Source: Alphaproteobacteria bacterium
GTDB lineage: Bacteria; Pseudomonadota; Alphaproteobacteria; UBA828
Reading direction: 5' to 3'
DNA length: 64,000 nt
NCBI GenBank assembly: GCA_965214705.1
Contig: OZ243972.1
Span: forward strand, 3,296,001 to 3,360,000
This document shows, one piece after another, positions 45,105 to 54,391 of the stretch. A program made the translations under genes and the position numbers. The notes below the pieces were generated by a model. That model saw nothing but the letters and a program-made list of their open reading frames with translations. It was not told the DNA's origin and searched no databases. Within the stretch, counting starts at the first letter, position 1; the number at the start of each line of letters is the position of its first letter.

Positions 45105-46049
45105 TCATGTGTCCTCCCCGAAATTCGCGTGGGCGAGTGTCGCGGTCCCGAGATCTGCGAGCGCGGATCCAGAGGACTTGAAGAGCGTGATTTCCTGTTC
45201 GTCGCCGCGGCCGGCGACGGTTCCCCGGCAGAGGCCCGTCAGGTCGCCCGCGATCGCCTTCTCCGTCAGCGCGCCGGACTGGATCGGCCCGATGATGTCG
45301 CCGCTCTCCTTCAAGGCTCCTTCCGTATCGATGTAGACGCGCGCGCGGCGCACCGCCGCGTCGTCGGCTTCGCGCATGTGGGGCCTGAAGCTGCCGATCA
45401 GGTCGAGATGCTGTCCAGGCCTGAGCCACGCGCCCGCGATCAGGGGGTTGATTGCCAGCGTTGCACAGCTGATGATGTCGGCGTCCGCGACCGCAGCCTC
45501 GAGATCCGTCGCGGCCGCGGCGCGAAACCCCGCGCCGTTCAGCCTTCGCGCCAGCTTGTCGGCATTCTCCGCATTGATGTTCCAGACCGTGACGTCCTCG
45601 ATCGGACGCACGGCACGAAACGCGTCCGCCAGGTTGGCGGCGACGCATCCGGCGCCGACCACCAGCAGCCGGCGCGCGTCCACGGGCGCCAGATAGCTCG
45701 CCGCCAGTGCGGCGGTAGCGGCGGTGCGCCGGTCGGTGAGCTCGCCGCCATCCAGCGCCGCCAGGTGCCGCCCGGTCTTCGCATCGAAGAGAAGATAAGA
45801 CGAGGACACCGAGGGGATTCCGATGGCCGCGTTGCCCGGATTGACGTTCACGATCTTGACCCCGCCGAGGCCCGCCGGGTTCCACGCGGGCATCAGGAGC
45901 AGCGCCGCGTCCGGCTGCCCGTCGAGCGCGATGGCGTGGTGATGGCGCAAGGGCGCGGCGGCGCCGGCCCGGAACATCTCCCGCAGCGCCTCGATCAGCG
46001 CATCGAACGGCAGCAGGTCTCGGGTCTCTTCGGCACTGAAGACGTGCAT
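45105..46049 (-). CDS. Ornithine cyclodeaminase / mu-crystallin family protein
   Basis: LMPAW, GVKIV, LTDRRTAA, HLDLIGSF, LFKSSG.ALAD. Confidence 0.92.
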   Translation of the reverse strand: MHVFSAEETRDLLPFDALIEALREMFRAGAAAPLRHHHAIALDGQPDAALLLMPAWNPAGLGGVKIVNVNPGNAAIGIPSVSSSYLLFDAKTGRHLAALDGGELTDRRTAATAALAASYLAPVDARRLLVVGAGCVAANLADAFRAVRPIEDVTVWNINAENADKLARRLNGAGFRAAAATDLEAAVADADIISCATLAINPLIAGAWLRPGQHLDLIGSFRPHMREADDAAVRRARVYIDTEGALKESGDIIGPIQSGALTEKAIAGDLTGLCRGTVAGRGDEQEITLFKSSGSALADLGTATLAHANFGEDT

Positions 46050-46337
46050 GATTACGTTCCTCGATTACGTAGCGGGGCAACGCAGCCTTTCGGGCCGGCG
46101 CTCCCCACCGGCCGGCGTGGCCCTGCGGCGGAAGTCACGTCCGGGATTCTATGACACCGTCCTCGTTGATGCAGCGCGCGGCGCCGGAACCAGGCGGTCC
46201 TCGCCCGCATTTCTCACCACGTTCATGGTCTGCGCGGCGCTGTCCGGCCGACAGGGTAGGAACGGCGCGCAGCGCGATGTGGGGCATCGGGCGAGCGGTT
46301 TGACGCACTCTGTGGGCGGAACAGCGCTGCCCTTCGG

Positions 46338-46436
46338 GTCGCGCCCAGGCGCCCGCCCGCGTCGTCGCGGGCTTCAACCGTATTCCCCGATACGCCTTTC
46401 GGCCCGCTCCTGGCGGGTCGAACGCCTGGGCGCGAC
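46338..46436. repeat. ~100-nt rod-like hairpin
   Basis: 14-bp perfect outer stem GTCGCGCCCAGGCG/CGCCTGGGCGCGAC plus nested inner stems. Confidence 0.6.
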
Positions 46437-46650
46437 GCAGGTCGTGACTCTGGTGAGAAACCATAGTGACTTACTGCGCCTCCTGTTGTCCTGAGATGCC
46501 TGGAGAGGCTTGGAGGTTCATTTTGTTGTGGTATTGAAATGATCTATCCGGCCTGGAGCGGACTGTAGGTCCCCCGAAGGGTCCTGAGGTTACTTCCATG
46601 TGTTGTAGTAGGTGTTGATTTGATATGCCCCGACATGCCACAATCCATGC

Positions 46651-48244
46651 ATGTCAAACATATCCGGAAAGCGCGTCGCACGCGTCAAGCTCACAATCGC
46701 CAAGCGCGCCATCGACAGCCTCGAGCCCGCCCACAAGCCATGGATCGCATGGGACGATAAGCTCACTGGCTTCGGCGTCCAGGTCCACCCGTCTGGCGCC
46801 AAGTCCTACATCGTCAACTACCGCCCCGGCGCGGGCGGCAGGGCGGCGCCCAACAAGCGCCTCGTCATCGGGCGCTGCGACAGGATGGCGCCGGAGCAGG
46901 CGCGGCGCGAGGCCCACAGGCTGCTCGGCATGGTCGCCGTGGGCGAGGACCCGGCGGCGGCGCGCGCCAGGAGTCGGCGCATGCCGCCCCTCAGGGAGGC
47001 CTTCGAGCAGTACATGGCGTCCAATCCCAAGCGCAGGGCGAGCACGACCGAGAACTACCGCGATCGGTTCGAGCGGCCTCTCTCGGACTGGCTCGGCCGT
47101 TCTCTCGACGCCATCACGCGCAGCGACGTGGAGGATCGATTCAACCGTATTACCGAGAAAGGCTTATCCCTCTGGCTCCGGTTCCCCAACATGTTGTACC
47201 GGCCACCTCGGCGGCGGTATCCGACACGGTCGCAGTTCCTTCCGTGTCTCAATGGGTTGCCCGTAAAGTGCCCAGCGATCCGGCACCCCACATATGGAGA
47301 AGCCGGATGTAAGGGGATAAGCCTTTACCGAGAAACACGGCTGGGCGACCGCCAATCAGTGCATCTCCCTGCTGCGCTCGGTCTATCGCCGGCCCTGCGT
47401 GGACTACGAAGGGCTGGTCAATCCCGTCGATCTCTGGCTGGCTGGCGGGGGCCGGTTCCACCCCAAGCCGCGCCGCAAGATCCCGCCGCCGGCGGAGGTC
47501 CTGCCGTGCTGGCGCAGGGGCATCGAGGCTGTGGTGAGCAACCCGGCTCTTCGGGACGTGTTCTGGTTCGGCATGTACACGGGCATGCGGCTCGGCGAGG
47601 TGCTGCCGCTCAGGTGGGAGCGTGTGAGCCGGGAGGCGCAGGTCTTCCGTGTGGACAACACCAAGACGGGGGCGCCGCTGGAGTTGCCCATCACCCGGCA
47701 GCTCGCAGACATTCTCGATCGTCGGTGGGGCGAGAGCGGTCACCTGAAAGGCGGCTGGGTGTTTCCCTCTGCCGCCAGTCGCACGGGCTACTTCGTGAAG
47801 CTGACGTATTTCTATCGCCGGATCAGCGAGGCCGGTGGCGCGAAGTTCTGGTTCCACGGGATGCGCAACTGCTTCATCACGGTGGCCGAGCGCGAGCTGA
47901 TGCTGCCGCACGCCCTGACCAAGCGTCTGGTGAACCATGCGCCGCCCCGCGACGTCACCGAGGGGTACACCGCCGACTGGACGATCGGGCAGTTGCGCGA
48001 ACCCGCTCAGCGTATCGCGGATCGCATCGAGGCGTTGATGGGAGCTGAGCCCAACTGCGTTGTCGGGGGAATGGAGACGCCGGTTCCTGACCTGAAGGAG
48101 GAGACGGTCCATTCTCGGATGGCGGCTTGCCGCGCGCAACGGCAACGCAGGAAGTCGAGGACGGGTGACAAAGCTCAGGCATCCACAGGCGTCTCCTCGG
48201 CATTGGCGTCCGCCAGCGGGGACCAACCGGCCTCCGCGAAATGA
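46651..48244 (+). pseudogene. Arm-domain tyrosine integrase disrupted by a MITE
   Basis: WDDKLTGFG (Arm), TGMRLGE, KTG, HGMR, LVNH..TEGY; removing 175 bp restores the reading ...FNRITEK|HGWATANQ... Confidence 0.88.
47159..47325. mobile_element. 167-bp MITE, probable IS1595 (ISSod11-group) derivative
   Basis: IRs AAGGCTTATCCC / GGGATAAGCCTT; 8-bp TSD TACCGAGA (47151-47158, 47326-47333); IR/TSD split is ambiguous by a base or two. Confidence 0.82.
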
Positions 48245-48629
48245 TTGCGTGCGGTTTCGTCAGGAAACATGATCAATCGCTCGGAAGTACCGCCCTCATC
48301 GTGGACTCCGCTCTGACGTGCAACGTTGGTTTTCTCCTCGGGCTCGCGCGCCCCGGCGGTACGCGCGGTGAGGATCATCACGAGGCGGGCGGTGCGCTTC
48401 CTGACGCGCGGTGTTGAGTTGCCGGACATGCCTTGATCGGCATCGACTGCGGGTCCTGGACCGGCGCCTCGTCCAGCCGGCTACATTGATGCGAGCATTT
48501 GCACCTCCGTCAGTTCAGCTATCCGCATCCGATGAAGAACAGCGACCAGGGCCACATGCTTTCCTCCTCATCTGTGGCTGGCCGACTCCCTGGCGGATCG
48601 AAGACCAGCCAAAGCGGGCCTCTCCCGCC

Positions 48630-48803
48630 GATGCGCTCCCACGGAACCAGCTTGTCCATCTTCTCAAGGAACAGCTTGCGCCGCGTCCGGCGCTTCTTCA
48701 AGTCGTGCTCCAGTTCCGCAAAGCTTGCCTGTGCCATGACCCGATCATCCAATCCGCGACTCCTGTCGCAAACTGTGGCACACCCGACTTGATCAGACCT
48801 TCC
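48630..48803 (-). pseudogene. IS5-family left end and transposase N-terminal relic
   Basis: IR GGAAGGTCTGATCAAGTC next to TTAA; MAQASFAELEHDLKKRRTRRKLFLEKMDKLVPW then similarity is lost. Confidence 0.8.
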
Positions 48804-49189
48804 TTAACCTTTACAGGGCAGGCCAACTCCTATGTCAAAGCTCATTACGACGCCTCCTCGAACGCTGAAGGTCGTCATCAATTACGGAACTTCGAAACAG
48901 GTTGCGACATCTTTGGCCGCATCCGACCAGACCCCCGGAGCCGTTCGAAGGTGTGCATCAACGGAAGCGTCCACAGATGTCTCTAACTTGAGTGGCCAGC
49001 TCCTCGCCTTGAGGTGGCTCCGAAAACAATCGTCATGCCAAGCTGGTCTGCACCTTAAGCGTGACATGGCGACCATGAGGCAAACGAGCCCGAATTTTTT
49101 CGGACCCGGTGGACCAAACTCGGGGCGAGCCCATTCTTCTCTTTGCCACTTATGAAGATGGAGCAATCTGGTGAGGAGCGACCAGCCAG

Positions 49190-50596
49190 TTATATCGGAG
49201 GCCGTCGATCTGCCCAGGGTCGTGCCTGCTCGAAGGCGCGAGCCGCCTGGAGCACGGTTAGTTCGGCGAAGCGCTTGCCCACGATTTGCAGCCCGACCGG
49301 CAGGCCCGCATCGGTGAAGCCGCAGGGCACGGAGGCGGCGGGGTTGCCGCTGAAGTTGAATGGATAGGAAAACTCGGCCCACACGATCCAGTCCCACGGG
49401 TGGGAGGGCCAGTGTTTTGGCTGCTGCCGATCGGCTGGGAATGCCGCCACCGAGACGGTGGGCGTGAGCAGCAGGTCCCACTCCTCGAAGAAGCGGTGCA
49501 CCGCCTCCACATAGGCGAGCTTGCGCGCCCGCATCTTGAGATAATCCGTGCCCGTCATTCCATCTACCGAGCGAATGCAGGCGACAAGGCCGGGGTCCAT
49601 GCGGTCTTCGTAATCGTCAAAGTAGTGACGATAGGCAGCGTTGAGCTGCATGGGCCAAGTGACGCGGACAATCTGGGGCCCGTCGGGGCCGAAAGGCACC
49701 GTGGGGTTGTCGACCGTGCAGCCCAGCGATTGGAATGCTTCGGCCGCGCTCTGCACCAACGCCGCAACCTCGGGATCGACCCGAGCGTGTCCGAGATCGG
49801 GACTGAAGGCGACCTCCAGGCCCGCGATCCCGTCTTCGAGCTGCGCCGGATAGTCGGCGGGCGGGGCCTCCAGACTGGTGTGGTCCCACGGATGGGGGCC
49901 CGCCATCGCCTTGAGCATCAGGGCGGCGTCGGCCACCGTCCGGGTCATCGGCCCCACGTGAGAAATCTGGTCGTTGTTCGGCACCGGCCAGTTGGGCACC
50001 CGGCCAAAGGTTGGTTTGATGCCAAACGTGCCGCAGAAGTGCGAGGGCATACGGATCGAGCCCGCGCCGTCCGAGCCCTGGTGAAGCGGCCCGTAGCCCG
50101 CCGCCGCCGCAGCGGCCGCGCCGGCCGAGGAGGCACCTGCGTTATAGCCGTCCTTCCAGGGGTTGGAGGTGATTCCGGTGGGCGGACTCCAGCTCACCCC
50201 CGTCCAGGCGAACTCCGATATGGTGGTCTTGCCGAGGCTGATGGCGCCGGCCTCCGCCAGCCGGGTCACCACGGGTGCGTCGACGGTCGGCACGTAGCCC
50301 TCCCACGCGTACGAGCCGCGCTCGGTCGGAATTCCCGCAGTCTCGGTCAGGTCCTTGATGGTGACCGGGAGACCGAAGAGCGCGCCATCGGCGCCCCCCT
50401 GCATCAGCGCAGCCTCCGCGTGGCGAGCGCCCTCCCGCGCACGCTCGGCGGTGAGCGCCGCGAAAGCGTTAATGCGAGGCTCGCAGGCCTCGATACGGGC
50501 CAATACGGCGTCGATCAGCTCGACTGGCGAGAGCGCCTTGCTACGGACCAGAGGCGCAAGCTCGGTCGCAGGCGTGAAGCAGAGGTCATCGGTCAC
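49190..50596 (-). CDS. Amidase signature family amidase
   Basis: PVTIKDL, GASSAG, GSDGAGSIR, GLPVGLQ. Confidence 0.92.
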   Translation of the reverse strand: MTDDLCFTPATELAPLVRSKALSPVELIDAVLARIEACEPRINAFAALTAERAREGARHAEAALMQGGADGALFGLPVTIKDLTETAGIPTERGSYAWEGYVPTVDAPVVTRLAEAGAISLGKTTISEFAWTGVSWSPPTGITSNPWKDGYNAGASSAGAAAAAAAGYGPLHQGSDGAGSIRMPSHFCGTFGIKPTFGRVPNWPVPNNDQISHVGPMTRTVADAALMLKAMAGPHPWDHTSLEAPPADYPAQLEDGIAGLEVAFSPDLGHARVDPEVAALVQSAAEAFQSLGCTVDNPTVPFGPDGPQIVRVTWPMQLNAAYRHYFDDYEDRMDPGLVACIRSVDGMTGTDYLKMRARKLAYVEAVHRFFEEWDLLLTPTVSVAAFPADRQQPKHWPSHPWDWIVWAEFSYPFNFSGNPAASVPCGFTDAGLPVGLQIVGKRFAELTVLQAARAFEQARPWADRRPPI

Positions 50597-50758
50597 CGGC
50601 GGTTCCTCAGCGGTCGTGGTCTGGTTCAAGGATTATGGCGGCAGCGGTTAACCCTGTCATCTCGCGCCCCAGAGCGACGGAAGAGAATCCGCTGCTCGTG
50701 CTTTGGCCTTGTGTTACTGTGCGAGGAGAGCAGTCGTGACGGACGAGCGGAGGTGAAT

Positions 50759-52078
50759 GTGGAAGATTCACAGGCGATCGTCATCGATACGGACTGGTCA
50801 TACGAAGCCGTTGCGGCAAAACGACGGCAGTTCATGGCTCCCTCGGTCGCCACCTTTACCGCCTATGAGCAGCCCCTCGTGCTCAACCGAGGCGACGGCC
50901 AGTATCTCTGGGATGAAGCGGGCAAGAAGTACCTCGACTGCTTGGCGCAGAACTTAACGATCAGCGTTGGACACAATCATCCGCTGGTCTCGAGCGAGGC
51001 GCGCAAACAGCTCGATTCCATGCAGCATTGCACGACTATGTACTACCACCCCGTGCCCGCTCATTTTGCGGAAGAGCTGGTGGCACGCATGCCCCCCGGG
51101 CACGACTGGGTGGTCCACTTCACGAACAGCGGTGCTGAGGCGGTGGATCTCGCGGTGCTGATGGCACGCGCCCACACGGGAAATTTCGAGATCATCGCGC
51201 TGCGCAACTCGTTCCACGGTCTGCACACGACTGCCATGGCGACGACCGGCATGGCTGTTTGCCGCCAGCCTGTGCCCGTGCCGGCCGGCGTGCTTCACGT
51301 CAGTAATCCCGACCAGTATCGGGGCATGCACGGCGCCACGGTCGAGCCTTATCTCGAGGAAATCGATCGTCTGCTTCAGAGTTCGACCCCAGGAGTGATC
51401 GCGGGCTTCATCGTTGAACCGATTCAGGGCTATGGCGGCGTAATCCCCCTGCCCGAGGGGTATCTCCCGACGGCCTACGAGCGCGCGCGCGCGGCCGGTG
51501 GCGTGTGTATCGTCGATGAAGTACAAACCGGCTTCGCGCGTCTGGGAGAGAACCTCTTCGCCTTCGACGACCACGGCGTGGTCCCCGATATTGTGGTCCT
51601 CGGCAAGGGCATCAGCAACGGGTTTCCGCTCTCGGCCGTGGTCGCCAAGCGTGAAATCGCCGAGGCGATGGCGCAGCGCAAGTTCTTCAATACCTACGCC
51701 GCGAACCCGGTATCCTGCGCCGCCGGACGGGCGGTCCTGCGCGCGATCGACGGCGAGGGCCTCCAAGACAACGCGCGCAAGGTCGGCGAATTGATGATGC
51801 GCGATCTGCGGGCGCTGCAGCAGAAGTACGACATTATCGGCGACGTGCGCGGCAAAGGGCTCATGATCGGTGTCGATCTCGTTCGGGACAGGCGAAGCAA
51901 GGAGCCTGCCGTGACCGAGACCGTACGGGTCTTCGAGCGCACGAAGGAGCTTGGCCTGGTCGTCGGCAAGTCCGGCATCCACGGCAATCTGCTGCGTATC
52001 AGCCCGCCGCTCTGCATTCAGGAAAGCGATGTCGGTTTCTTCACCGAGGTCCTGGATAACAGTTTCGCCGCGCTTTGA
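50759..52078 (+). CDS. Class III PLP aminotransferase (AGXT2 / omega-aminotransferase-like)
   Basis: NSGAEA, SFHG, EPIQG, DEVQTGFAR, LGKGISNG, FNTY; GTG after GGAGG. Confidence 0.9.
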   Translation: MEDSQAIVIDTDWSYEAVAAKRRQFMAPSVATFTAYEQPLVLNRGDGQYLWDEAGKKYLDCLAQNLTISVGHNHPLVSSEARKQLDSMQHCTTMYYHPVPAHFAEELVARMPPGHDWVVHFTNSGAEAVDLAVLMARAHTGNFEIIALRNSFHGLHTTAMATTGMAVCRQPVPVPAGVLHVSNPDQYRGMHGATVEPYLEEIDRLLQSSTPGVIAGFIVEPIQGYGGVIPLPEGYLPTAYERARAAGGVCIVDEVQTGFARLGENLFAFDDHGVVPDIVVLGKGISNGFPLSAVVAKREIAEAMAQRKFFNTYAANPVSCAAGRAVLRAIDGEGLQDNARKVGELMMRDLRALQQKYDIIGDVRGKGLMIGVDLVRDRRSKEPAVTETVRVFERTKELGLVVGKSGIHGNLLRISPPLCIQESDVGFFTEVLDNSFAAL

Positions 52079-52115
52079 GCGCGTCGCGCCATATTCCCGC
52101 CGCTCCCGCCCGGTG

Positions 52116-52310
52116 AGCTTCTTTGTCCTGCGCGCGAAATCCAACACCAAGCTCCGCCGCCTCTACTCCCGCCCTGTCGCGGTCTCATCTGCGATCAGGT
52201 CGTACGTCAACAGCGCGACCGATTATCTGCTGGCACATCGAGTTGTTCTTCAAATGGAGACGCGGTGTCGTCGCAGCGCTCGAGAAAACGCCTCTCTATC
52301 AACTGTTTGA
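52116..52310 (+). pseudogene. Heavily deleted IS4-family transposase relic
   Basis: Fragments FFVLRAKSNTKLRRLYSRPV, WHIELFFKW and LEKTPLYQLF in collinear order. Confidence 0.65.
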
Positions 52311-52320
52311 CCCAGAGGAC

Positions 52321-52541
52321 CTGGGCGGCGCCGCTTGAGGATTCGCTGCCGGCCGGTCCCGCCGCCGCTTGTCAAGCAAAGGGGTGCGCGATACGTTTTG
52401 ATTGACGGGCCTGCGATCCGAATATTGGGACTCCACACCATCGGATAGACCGCTCCAAAGGCTGCAGTTGACGGTGAGCCGTGTCTGCAGACGCTCGTCG
52501 CGCGCTGGGCGGCGCCGCTTGAGGATTCGCTGCCGGCCGGT
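52321..52541. repeat. 37-bp perfect direct repeat (52321-52357, 52505-52541)
   Basis: CTGGGCGGCGCCGCTTGAGGATTCGCTGCCGGCCGGT twice, 147-bp spacer. Confidence 0.85.
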
Positions 52542-52570
52542 GGCACAGCAACGCCCGAAGGGACTCTGAA

Positions 52571-54391
52571 ATGTCGGACCTGTCGGACGGCAATGGCAGC
52601 CAGACCGATCCTTTCCTCATGGCCGTGCTGTCGAGCCGGATCGAGGCGATTATCCGGGAAATGATCAACACGGTGACGAAGGCGAGCCGCTCCGCCGTGA
52701 TCAAGAATGCTCGAGACCTCTCCTGCGGCGTGCTGACCTATGATCACCGTCAACTTTGCGTCGAAGAAGGAATCCCGATCCACATTTCGGCGCTCGATTT
52801 GACCACGCGCGCCGTCACCGATCACTTCAGCGACGTTAAGGAGGGTGATGCCTTTCTCAACAACTGCTCCTACACGGGCGGCACCCATCACGCGGACATC
52901 ACGCTTGTCGTCCCCGTGTTTTGCGACGGAGAGCCCCTATTCTGGGCACTTGCACGCTCGCACCACGCCGACGTCGGCGCGCCCTTGCCGACGACCTATC
53001 TGCCTAACGCGGCGACGATCTACGAGGAGGGGCTGAACTTCCCTTGCATGCGCATCCAGGAGGATTTCGAGGACAAAGAAGACCTCATTCGCTTCTGCAT
53101 GTTCAACATCCGTTGCAACAACATTTGGTACGGCGACTACCGCGCCCAGGTTGGCGCGTGCCGGACCGGCGAGCGGCGGCTCAAGGATCTCGTGGCCAAG
53201 TACGGCAAGGAGACGATCAAGCAGTTCATCGAGGACTGGATGGCCTATGGCGAGCGCCGCATGGTGGCAGAAATCGAGAAGCTACCGGCCGGCACGTGGC
53301 ATTACGAGACGCGCCACGACGAGATCCCAGGTATCTCGCCGGAGGATGGCATCCCGGTTCGGGTCTCCATGTCGGTCGATCCCGACGAAGGCTTCATCAC
53401 GGTCGACGTGCGCGACAACATCGATAACGTTCCGGGTGGAGTGAATCTGTCCGAAGCCTGCGCGGTGGGCTCCTGCCGGATCGGCGTCTACTTCAATCTC
53501 GATCCCTCCCTGCCTCACAATGCCGGGACCGATCGGCGCATCCGCGTGCTGCTGCGCGACGGCGCCGTGGTCGGGCGGCCGACGTATCCTGCCGGCACGT
53601 CCATCGCGACGACCAACGTGAACGAGCGTCTGGTGAACGCGGTTCAGGCCTGCTTCGCGCAGATGGGCGAGCCCTACGGGCTTGCCGAAGGTGCAGTGCA
53701 GCAGCAGGCAGGCGAATCCATGATCTCGGGCGTCGACTCGCTCAACGGCGGCGAGCCCTACGTGAATCAGCTCTTCATCGGCTATGGCGGAGGCCCCGCC
53801 AAGCACGGCACCGATGGCTGGCTCACCTATCTCGGCCCGGTCAACGCAGGCACGATCGTGCTCGACAGCATCGAGATCGACGAAGGCATGTACCCGTTCA
53901 TCGTGGAAACTCGGAAGGTGGCGGTCGACAGCTTGGGGCCCGGCAAATGGAACGGTGCCCCCGGCATGACCGGCACGTTCTGGCCGCTCGCCGACGAGAT
54001 GCTCGTGATCTATTGCAGCGACGGCTGCGTCAATCCGCCAAAGGGCGTTCTGGGCGGCGGCACCGGCGGTGCGGCGCGCAACATGAAGCGGCTGAAGGGC
54101 GGCGAGACGGTCGACCTCCCCGGCTTCCATGAAGAGCTCGTCCAGCCCGGCGAGGCGATCATCTTCGTCAACAATGGTGGCGGTGGTTATGGCGAGCCTA
54201 CGGAGCGGGAGCCGGCGTTGGTCGCCCGCGACGTGAACCGTGGCTGGCTTAGCCTGGAGCGCGCGCAGGCGGTCTATCGCGTGGCACTGGTGATGGCCGA
54301 GAACGGCCTCGAGTACGAGGTCGATCAGATGGGCACCGCAGCGCTCAGGGACGCGGCCGCCGGCACCACATCCGATGCGATAGACGCATGA
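52571..54391 (+). CDS. Hydantoinase/oxoprolinase subunit B #3
   Basis: GGTHHAD, HHADVG, YEEGL, GGGGYG. Confidence 0.92.
   Translation: MSDLSDGNGSQTDPFLMAVLSSRIEAIIREMINTVTKASRSAVIKNARDLSCGVLTYDHRQLCVEEGIPIHISALDLTTRAVTDHFSDVKEGDAFLNNCSYTGGTHHADITLVVPVFCDGEPLFWALARSHHADVGAPLPTTYLPNAATIYEEGLNFPCMRIQEDFEDKEDLIRFCMFNIRCNNIWYGDYRAQVGACRTGERRLKDLVAKYGKETIKQFIEDWMAYGERRMVAEIEKLPAGTWHYETRHDEIPGISPEDGIPVRVSMSVDPDEGFITVDVRDNIDNVPGGVNLSEACAVGSCRIGVYFNLDPSLPHNAGTDRRIRVLLRDGAVVGRPTYPAGTSIATTNVNERLVNAVQACFAQMGEPYGLAEGAVQQQAGESMISGVDSLNGGEPYVNQLFIGYGGGPAKHGTDGWLTYLGPVNAGTIVLDSIEIDEGMYPFIVETRKVAVDSLGPGKWNGAPGMTGTFWPLADEMLVIYCSDGCVNPPKGVLGGGTGGAARNMKRLKGGETVDLPGFHEELVQPGEAIIFVNNGGGGYGEPTEREPALVARDVNRGWLSLERAQAVYRVALVMAENGLEYEVDQMGTAALRDAAAGTTSDAIDA

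Noticed and set aside
46338-46436. Hairpin as SRP RNA, 6S RNA or a known riboswitch
   Set aside because: Lacks the SRP helix-8 consensus and any riboswitch consensus I can recognise; kept only as an unassigned hairpin
46651-48244. Two overlapping integrase ORFs as separate genes or a programmed frameshift
   Set aside because: Fully explained by an IR/TSD-bounded insertion into one gene
48245-49189. Short ORFs between the integrase and amidase
   Set aside because: Apart from the IS5 relic there are no motifs or consistent codon bias; probably decayed sequence
49286-52078. 930-aa ORF suggesting a giant aminotransferase
   Set aside because: The first ~490 codons are antisense to the amidase; the real start is near 50759
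52321-52541. 37-bp repeat as a mini CRISPR array
   Set aside because: Only two copies, a 147-bp spacer and no cas genes
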